Shown here: positions 10,761-16,781 of the stretch, one piece after another
Numbering within the stretch: the stretch's first letter is position 1
Layout: every line of letters begins with the position of its first letter
UHGV virus genome: UHGV-0404708
Length of the DNA stretch: 39,970 bases
Strand: one strand, 5' to 3'
DNA from: a virus
Translations under genes and position numbers: made by a program
Notes under the pieces: generated by a model
What the model was told of the DNA's origin: nothing
Databases searched by the model: none
The model's input: only the letters and a program-made list of their open reading frames with translations

Positions 10761-13235
10761 ATGAGACAGGAATGTATACAAGCGGTCCAGCAGGCGGCGC
10801 AGCGCACGTTAACGGCGCGAGAAATACAGAACATTGAAGACCGCATTTATCGAAATATGCGCTCCATTGCTCGTGATGACCCGATGTCGTGGCGACAACT
10901 TTCCGAATCAGAGCGGCTATATCGTGCAGCACAATTGGCATCTGAAGAATTACAGCGAGAAGCGGCATTAAAGAAACGTCGTGTGGCCCTCACTATAGCC
11001 GCACGTCAGAGATTGGATAAATTTATCAATAGCTATCAAGGGTCTGATGGGAAACTTGGCGCTCTTAACCGTACTATTGCTTTTAATGCAGACGGTAAAT
11101 CGAATTTCCTCTCTGTTGAGTCCAGAACAAAAGCCACTCGTGATTATGCATTGAGTCAATTGCAAGAGGCATTTGAAGCAGTTGATCCTCGCTTTTTTGG
11201 CCTGTTTGAAGATGAAGCGGGCGTACGTGACCTGGTATATGAAATGCGGGGGCAAAATACTGGCAATGCTAAAGCAAGAAAAGGTGCTAAGGCGTGGAGA
11301 GAAGTTACAGAGCTGCTGCGCCGCCGGTTTAATGATGCTGGTGGGGACATTGGCTATCTCGAAAACTGGGGGATCCCTCAACATCATTCTATGGAAAAGG
11401 TTGGTGCGGTATCAAAAGATAAATGGGTTAGCGATGTTATAGGTAAGCTGGATCGCAAATATTATACCCGAGCCGATGGACAACTGATGAACGATGACGA
11501 GTTGTCTGCATTTCTTGGAGAGGCTTATAACACGATCGCTACAGGTGGGCTGAATAAGCTTACTGATACCGGAATGCGAATTTCCGGCGCACGTGCTAAC
11601 CGTGGTAATGCATCACGACAGATACATTTCAAAGATGCAGATTCCTATCTGCAATATCAGCAACTTTATGGCGATCGCTCTCTATGGGAAATCATGGTCG
11701 GTCACCTGGAAGGTATCAGTAAAGATATTGCACTGGTGGAAACATATGGCCCAAACCCCGATCATGTTTTCCGCTCTCTTCTTGATCAGGTGAAGGCAGA
11801 AACGGCAACAGCTAACCCGAGTAAAACCGGTAAAGTCGAGCGGCTGGCGAACAACACAGAGAATCTGTACAACTTTATTTCCGGAAAGACACAGCCTGTA
11901 GCAAATCCGCACATCGCGCGATGGTCTGACAATATCCGCAACTGGCTGGTTGCCAGCAGACTCGGATCCGCGTTGCTGTCATCGTTCTCTGATCTTGGAA
12001 CCATGTATCTGTCTGCGAAGGTGACCAACCTTCCAATGAACCAGTTATTCCGCAACCAGCTTGAAGCTATGGACCCAACGAACCGTACTGAGCTTGCGCG
12101 GGCGCGCCGCGCTGGTCTGGCGATGGGATCTCTACTTGGCAGCGTTAACCGCTGGGCGATGGATAATATGGGGCCGTCAGTGTCTCGTTGGGCGGCAACG
12201 GCGGTAATGCGTGCCAGTGGGCTTACAGCATGGTCAGATGCGCACAAGCGCGCCTATGGCGTAACCATGATGGGAAGCATGGGAGAAGTAGTGTCACGGA
12301 CACCAGACCTTCGTAGCCTCGATGACTCTGATTTTCGTATCCTGAAAAGCAAAGGGATTACTGACACAGACTGGAGCGTATGGAAGCTGGCGCAACAGGA
12401 GGACTGGGGGAACGGTAATAATACGATGCTGACACCGGAAAGCATTATGCGTATCCCTGATTCAGTAGTTAAACATCTTGGTGAGCCTGAACGCGTGAAA
12501 TTTGAGGCAATGCGTAAACTGCTCGGTGCCGTAACTGAAGAAGTTGATATGGCTGTTATTACACCGGGAGCACGTGAGCAACTGATAACCGGTTCTGGTA
12601 TTCAGCGTGGAACATGGAAAGGTGAATTAACGAGAAGTGTTTTCCTGTTTAAATCGTTCCCTATCTCGGTTGTTATGCGTCACTGGTCACGCGCTATGGG
12701 TATGCCGTCTGCTGGTGGGCGTGCGGCATATATTGCGACGTTTATTGCCAGTACGACCATTCTTGGCGCTTTGTCGCAGCAACTTAACGACCTTGCGTCT
12801 GGTCGTAATCCTCGAGAGATGACAGGAGAAGATGCCGCAAAATTCTGGCTTGGTGCTCTACTGAAAGGTGGTGGTCTTGGTCTTTACGGTGACTTTTTAT
12901 TGTCAGATCACACTAGGTACGGAAGCGGCGCGCTGGCGTCGATGCTTGGCCCGGTAGCTGGTCTGGTTGATGACGTGGTGAAGATTGCTCAGGGCATACC
13001 GTTAAATGCTGTGGAAGGGAAGAGTGAGCAGACTGGTGGTGATCTGGTGAAGCTGGGGAAAGGTTTGATGCCTGGTGCGAATCTCTGGTATTTGAAGGCG
13101 GCTCTCGATCACATGATCTTTAACCAGATGCAGGAGTATTTTTCACCAGGCTATTTGCGTAAAATGGAGCAACGTTCGAAGAAAGAGTTTAACCAGACAT
13201 ACTGGTGGCGACCTCAGGATGTCACTCCGCAATAA
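10761..13235 (+). CDS. large internal virion/core protein (gp16-like position)
   Basis: 824 aa; SD GAGAGG upstream; last gene of the co-oriented virion block. Confidence 0.55.
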   Translation: MRQECIQAVQQAAQRTLTAREIQNIEDRIYRNMRSIARDDPMSWRQLSESERLYRAAQLASEELQREAALKKRRVALTIAARQRLDKFINSYQGSDGKLGALNRTIAFNADGKSNFLSVESRTKATRDYALSQLQEAFEAVDPRFFGLFEDEAGVRDLVYEMRGQNTGNAKARKGAKAWREVTELLRRRFNDAGGDIGYLENWGIPQHHSMEKVGAVSKDKWVSDVIGKLDRKYYTRADGQLMNDDELSAFLGEAYNTIATGGLNKLTDTGMRISGARANRGNASRQIHFKDADSYLQYQQLYGDRSLWEIMVGHLEGISKDIALVETYGPNPDHVFRSLLDQVKAETATANPSKTGKVERLANNTENLYNFISGKTQPVANPHIARWSDNIRNWLVASRLGSALLSSFSDLGTMYLSAKVTNLPMNQLFRNQLEAMDPTNRTELARARRAGLAMGSLLGSVNRWAMDNMGPSVSRWAATAVMRASGLTAWSDAHKRAYGVTMMGSMGEVVSRTPDLRSLDDSDFRILKSKGITDTDWSVWKLAQQEDWGNGNNTMLTPESIMRIPDSVVKHLGEPERVKFEAMRKLLGAVTEEVDMAVITPGAREQLITGSGIQRGTWKGELTRSVFLFKSFPISVVMRHWSRAMGMPSAGGRAAYIATFIASTTILGALSQQLNDLASGRNPREMTGEDAAKFWLGALLKGGGLGLYGDFLLSDHTRYGSGALASMLGPVAGLVDDVVKIAQGIPLNAVEGKSEQTGGDLVKLGKGLMPGANLWYLKAALDHMIFNQMQEYFSPGYLRKMEQRSKKEFNQTYWWRPQDVTPQ

Positions 13236-13430
13236 GGAAGTGTTGTGTTTTTAATTATTTTGAGTGTGATAATTTCTGGTGGATTGTTATTTATTGACCG
13301 CTACAAATATTTTCTTAACCCTCAGACTCAAGCTATTTGCTGGTTCATCTTTGTTGTGCAGGGAGTAGTTCTTGTTGCAAGCCTTATTGAGGGGAGGCCT
13401 CTTATTTTTACTGGGTAAATAGGTGACTAC

Positions 13431-13727
13431 ATGCAAGCTATAGGATTCATTGTTTATATCGTCGTTGGTCTTTTTCAGTTGGCAGCAATTATGGCTGGGC
13501 TTGAATCATGGTGGGGATTGCACTGGATAATTGCAGCCCCCATCGCTTTCATCGTGAGCTATATTCCATTTGTTGGAGCGATTGTTGGTATGGTTGGCGC
13601 TGTGGATGTATGGCGGTGGGAGTGGTGGCAGGCTGGCCTTCTCTTCTTTGGTGGGATCATCTTTGCTATTGTCTGCGGTGGAATGTCATCATTTTTCGAA
13701 CGGCTATCATTCAGAAAAGGAACGTGA
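13431..13727 (+). CDS. small integral membrane protein
   Basis: 98 aa with 3-4 hydrophobic helices; SD AGGTGA; stop codon lies inside a GTGACATGTCAC palindrome. Confidence 0.6.
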   Translation: MQAIGFIVYIVVGLFQLAAIMAGLESWWGLHWIIAAPIAFIVSYIPFVGAIVGMVGAVDVWRWEWWQAGLLFFGGIIFAIVCGGMSSFFERLSFRKGT

Positions 13728-13735
13728 CATGTCAC
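13724..13735. repeat. GTGACATGTCAC palindrome, copy 1
   Basis: Perfect 12-bp palindrome containing the TGA stop of 13431..13727; directly 5' of a terminator. Confidence 0.8.
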
Positions 13736-13736
13736 A

Positions 13737-13760
13737 GGCCGCTTTCGCGGCCTTGTTTTT
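13737..13760 (+). terminator. rho-independent terminator
   Basis: GGCCGC-TTTC-GCGGCC followed by TTGTTTTT. Confidence 0.7.
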
Positions 13761-13920
13761 AACGAATGCCACCGCCGCCAGGGCGGGAATCCGCAGAACG
13801 CCCACCGCAGCGGGAGCCGTCAGCGGCAGTATCGCTGTCGTGCTGACAACGACCGGCAAAGGCCTGAGTTGAAGCTACCAGAGACAACAAAACGAACAGT
13901 GCAGCAAATGCTTTTTTCAT
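13759..13920 (-). CDS. small secreted peptide (Sec-type signal peptide, 31-aa Gly/Arg/Ser-rich mature part with 2 Cys)
   Basis: ATG at 13920 (in frame within track ORF 13759..13944); n-region MKK, hydrophobic core, AFA cleavage-like motif; weak SD; higher GC than neighbours. Confidence 0.35.
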   Translation of the reverse strand: MKKAFAALFVLLSLVASTQAFAGRCQHDSDTAADGSRCGGRSADSRPGGGGIR

Positions 13921-13991
13921 TTGAAATTTCCATCTATAAGCCACCTCAATGTGGCGTCAATGAGTGTAGCACTGACTTTTGTTTCATCCAC

Positions 13992-14012
13992 AAAAAAGCC
14001 CGCGCTGCGGGC
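13992..14012 (-). terminator. rho-independent terminator ending the minus-strand accessory operon
   Basis: Minus sense: GCCCGC-AGC-GCGGGC followed by TTTTTT; a few nt 3' of the stop of 14018..14650. Confidence 0.65.
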
Positions 14013-14017
14013 TTCTA

Positions 14018-14650
14018 TTAATGCAGTTTATCTTTGCTTATAACCAGTAGTCTGTGGGTATGCACATCTTTATCACTGCCCCAACAGAAATCAGCCCACT
14101 GGCTATAGAAATCATCCCATGATGTCATGAAGCTAAGAGGTCTATCTTCTTCAGAGCCATCTGAAACGTATACATTATATCCTGGGGTGTTTATAGCCCA
14201 AGAAATCATTCTTTCCCAGAATCTTCTCCCATCGATTGTTTGTTGCTCATCAGATACAACGATCGCATATTGCTCTAGGAAGAACTGAAAAAAAATCTGA
14301 GGCAAACCATGAACAGCACGGTCATGAATAACATTAGGCGTACGCCATACCATGATCTGCGTACATGTTCTTTTGGCTTCGACGATATCTTCCCGAAAGA
14401 TTAACTTAACCGCATACACCGTTTCTGGAGTATCGCTGGTAGTAATCATTCTGTAATGATCGCCATTACAAGATTTTACAAGGCGATAACCATAAGGTGT
14501 TGTGAATCCCGGAAGAACGAAATCAACCACACCTTTCGCTAAGTAGCTTTCGGTGTGACTAGTGTTCTTCTCAGACATGTTCAGTTTTCTATCGAAATCT
14601 GCTTCTGGGATAATGTATGGCATCGCTTTTCTTGTTGTATTTGTTCTCAT
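14018..14650 (-). CDS. hypothetical protein (unrecognised, accessory)
   Basis: Track ORF 14018..14662; ATG 14650 preferred (SD GGAGGA 5 nt upstream); AT-rich; own operator-like site upstream. Confidence 0.7.
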   Translation of the reverse strand: MRTNTTRKAMPYIIPEADFDRKLNMSEKNTSHTESYLAKGVVDFVLPGFTTPYGYRLVKSCNGDHYRMITTSDTPETVYAVKLIFREDIVEAKRTCTQIMVWRTPNVIHDRAVHGLPQIFFQFFLEQYAIVVSDEQQTIDGRRFWERMISWAINTPGYNVYVSDGSEEDRPLSFMTSWDDFYSQWADFCWGSDKDVHTHRLLVISKDKLH

Positions 14651-14708
14651 TTCGTCCTCCATGTTTGGCTACAGGACGCGTTTTGAAGGGAAGATTAAAA
14701 ATGCTTTC

Positions 14709-14723
14709 TTACCCTTGAGGTAA
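14709..14723. promoter_or_regulatory. operator-like palindrome TTACC-N5-GGTAA
   Basis: TTACCCTTGAGGTAA, exact; upstream of 14018..14650. Confidence 0.5.
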
Positions 14724-14760
14724 TAGTACGCTATTCACCCCCAGTCTGCAATCTGTACAG

Positions 14761-14787
14761 AATTATTTAAAGGCACATCCCTGTGCC
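14761..14787 (-). terminator. possible weak terminator between accessory genes
   Basis: Minus sense GGCACA-GGGA-TGTGCC followed by TTTAAATAATT; interrupted T-run. Confidence 0.35.
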
Positions 14788-14795
14788 GCCGCCCG

Positions 14796-15515
14796 TCAGA
14801 AGAACCCTGCCTTGTCGTTGATGTACTCCGCGTGCGTCTGGATATCACGCAGGCATTTGCTCACACCGACGATGTAGCAGAACATGGTGGTCAGCTCCGC
14901 CGCCGCGCCCGATACGTCGTGCCCGTCGTCCTGTAACTGGTTCAGCAGATTCATCAGCAGTGAGTTCTCAGTCAGGCCGAGAACACCAGACGGGGAATGA
15001 ATCAGGCTGCGGTAGCCGGGCTTCAGCGGGGCACTGTATTCTTTTTTGTCTTCCAGCTTGATCGCCTCCATAATGGCGGGCATGAATTTTTCAATTACCT
15101 GAGTGGCCTTTGATAAATCAGCTCCACCTGAGAGACGAACATCTCCACTGACATTTGCGGGTTTTCTGTCGAAGTAGCAATCTTCCAGTTTTTCGAAGAC
15201 CTCCCACGCTTTTTCAGTCTCAAGAATTTTCGCATGTCGTGCTGCACCGCGAGCGGTCCATAAGAAAAGATGACTTACTTTTGGTGCAATATTAAGCAAA
15301 CCTCTTTGAGAGGACTCGTTCTTAAATGCTCGTAATTCTTCGCCTGTCAGCTTGAAACAATGTTTTCCCTCAATGAATCGATCTGCATTTCGTTGATAGT
15401 TTTGACGAATCAGTTTGGGTTCTGTGTCATACAAATCAGCAAGCATTTCTGTAGTCATTACAGGGATGTTGCAATGAGTTGTTATCGGCAACTTATCAAT
15501 AGCTATATTACGCAT
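14796..15515 (-). CDS. ORF6N-domain protein with C-terminal domain paralogous to 16329..16586 (antirepressor-like)
   Basis: Track ORF 14796..15530; ATG 15515 preferred (SD GGAGG, 8-nt overlap with upstream stop); N-terminus fits the ORF6N/KilA-N-type DNA-binding pattern; C-terminal ~60 aa align with the 85-aa protein. Confidence 0.65.
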   Translation of the reverse strand: MRNIAIDKLPITTHCNIPVMTTEMLADLYDTEPKLIRQNYQRNADRFIEGKHCFKLTGEELRAFKNESSQRGLLNIAPKVSHLFLWTARGAARHAKILETEKAWEVFEKLEDCYFDRKPANVSGDVRLSGGADLSKATQVIEKFMPAIMEAIKLEDKKEYSAPLKPGYRSLIHSPSGVLGLTENSLLMNLLNQLQDDGHDVSGAAAELTTMFCYIVGVSKCLRDIQTHAEYINDKAGFF

Positions 15516-16014
15516 TTTCATTGCCTCCATCTTTCACGACGAAATAGCAATTATCTTTATAATCTAACTGGATGAACTTTATGTTTTCAGGGAGTTTTAC
15601 AGAAAGAGTTTTTGCACAAGCAAAACCAAAATCTGCGCCAGAAGCATCCATATACCTTAATAATTGTTTTAATGCTGAAGGAGAAAAAGTATCTACCTTC
15701 ACCTCAACAGGGTAACCATCTTTTGTTTTTAGGTCTGGTTGACCTGGTCCACCAAGTATTTCAGCGTTAAGGTATTTTGCTATTTCTGGATAAGCGTTGT
15801 ATTCAGAGCGTAGTTTTGCCTTGTTATCGACTGCTAGTTGCATAAGATGATCAAACAAATTGGTATCTAAATCTGCCCCTTCATCCCACATTCTATTTCT
15901 ACAGCTAATCAATTCACTGACCAGAGGTGCACTTTCTTGCCTTAGCATAAGAAGGAGTGGAGAATTAGAAATTAACCAATACAGATCGTCGTTTGAGATT
16001 TTTTGGCCTGGCAT
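15508..16014 (-). CDS. hypothetical protein, possible PD-(D/E)xK-like motif
   Basis: 168 aa; SD AGAGGT 7 nt before ATG; segment GQPDL...YPVEVK resembles a D...E-x-K nuclease motif (weak); translationally coupled to next gene. Confidence 0.6.
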   Translation of the reverse strand: MPGQKISNDDLYWLISNSPLLLMLRQESAPLVSELISCRNRMWDEGADLDTNLFDHLMQLAVDNKAKLRSEYNAYPEIAKYLNAEILGGPGQPDLKTKDGYPVEVKVDTFSPSALKQLLRYMDASGADFGFACAKTLSVKLPENIKFIQLDYKDNCYFVVKDGGNENA

Positions 16015-16328
16015 AGCGATACCTCTACTAGTAAGTTACCCACCACCGCAACGCCAATTGCTGGTGGTGAACTGGACAAGGTTGGCGTACCGGCCTAGTA
16101 GGTACCGGCGCACCTTTCGGTGCCCCTGCCCAGCCCACCATAATTCGGATATGACTGTGCTATACGCATAAAAAAACCACGTCTGGCGTGGTATGCGCCT
16201 ACTAGTAATCCGGGACGCCAATCCCGGCACTGGATTTTGCCAGTGCCCGATTACTATGGCACAAGAGGAGTGCGATGTAAATTTACCGCAAAGGTAAATA
16301 TAAGCACTCCACTTGGTAATTGCAAACC
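16015..16328 (-). ncRNA. heavily structured intergenic element (candidate ncRNA or cis-regulatory leader)
   Basis: 314 nt without convincing ORF between two minus-strand genes; at least five stem-loops, two with identical hexaloop, one GNRA-type loop, an internal hairpin plus T7 run, 8-bp direct repeat GTACCGGC x2. Confidence 0.35.
16170..16192 (-). terminator. intrinsic terminator-like hairpin inside the structured element
   Basis: Minus sense ACCACG-CCAGA-CGTGGT followed by TTTTTTT; T-tract itself flanked by complementary CGCATA/TATGCG. Confidence 0.4.
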
Positions 16329-16586
16329 TTATATGGTTTGTTTTCGTAATTGTTCGGCACAATAGTCGAGATGTGTTTGCAGATCCCGCATAGACATCTG
16401 TGAGCTGGTGACGTAGTTAATCAGTGCAGTCAGTTCGGCAAGTGGGCCATCGACATTAAATCCATCCTTATCGAGATCCCGGAGTAATTTCATCAAGTGC
16501 GATCCCTCCACCAGTGACCTGACGCCTCCCGGCGTGTGAATCCTTTCGGTAAATCCGTCTTCCAGTGGATAGTGATACCGCTGCAT
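16329..16586 (-). CDS. small protein (85 aa), paralog of the C-terminal domain of 14796..15515; LexA-controlled
   Basis: Track ORF 16329..16604 (TTG); ATG 16586 with SD GGAG 8 nt upstream; LexA box and sigma70-like promoter immediately upstream. Confidence 0.65.
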   Translation of the reverse strand: MQRYHYPLEDGFTERIHTPGGVRSLVEGSHLMKLLRDLDKDGFNVDGPLAELTALINYVTSSQMSMRDLQTHLDYCAEQLRKQTI

Positions 16587-16607
16587 CTTATCATCTCCAT
16601 GCAATAA

Positions 16608-16623
16608 CTGTATAAATATACAG
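16608..16623. promoter_or_regulatory. LexA (SOS) box
   Basis: CTGTATAAATATACAG; 20-mer AACTGTATAAATATACAGTA matches the E. coli consensus TACTGTATATATATACAGTA at 18/20. Confidence 0.8.
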
Positions 16624-16632
16624 TACCAAATA

Positions 16633-16661
16633 ATTTATTGTCTATCCAGCACGTTTTGCAA
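16633..16661 (-). promoter_or_regulatory. sigma70-like promoter upstream of the LexA box
   Basis: Minus sense -35 TTGCAA (16656-16661), 17-nt spacer, -10 ATAAAT (16633-16638); LexA box starts about 9 nt downstream of -10. Confidence 0.5.
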
Positions 16662-16662
16662 A

Positions 16663-16677
16663 TCACCTGAAAGGTAA
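16663..16677. promoter_or_regulatory. operator-like palindrome (one mismatch)
   Basis: TCACCTGAAAGGTAA; abuts the -35 of the LexA-controlled promoter. Confidence 0.4.
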
Positions 16678-16705
16678 TATCTATTCGTGTCCATGCTGTT
16701 TTTAC

Positions 16706-16715
16706 CCATATATGG
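16706..16715. promoter_or_regulatory. CCATATATGG palindrome (CCAYATRTGG family)
   Basis: Perfect 10-bp palindrome with T-rich flank, about 65 bp upstream of tail fiber ATG. Confidence 0.35.
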
Positions 16716-16781
16716 TTTTTCAGGTAATAAAATAACCCAGCATGCGGCGCAACGGGTGCTGCGACTATCTGGAGATTTAAA

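Noticed and set aside
157-13235. Antisense and alternative-frame ORFs inside virion genes (e.g. 1690..2169, 2172..2897, 6497..7117, 11786..12247, 38264..39001)
   Set aside because: Fully nested in long, translationally coupled plus-strand genes; no SD; low-complexity translations.
13570-13872. Plus-strand 100-aa ORF and 13508..13762 ORF
   Set aside because: Overlap the better-supported membrane-protein gene and terminator; out-of-frame Gly/Trp-rich translations typical of GC-rich antisense frames.
16015-16328. Retron-like msr/msd ncRNA
   Set aside because: No reverse-transcriptase ORF (no YxDD-type motif) anywhere nearby; flanking genes are small and unrelated.
16015-16328. Type III toxin-antitoxin RNA or CRISPR array
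   Set aside because: No tandem direct repeats of regular period; only inverted repeats and one 8-bp direct repeat pair. No repeat-spacer array anywhere in the window.
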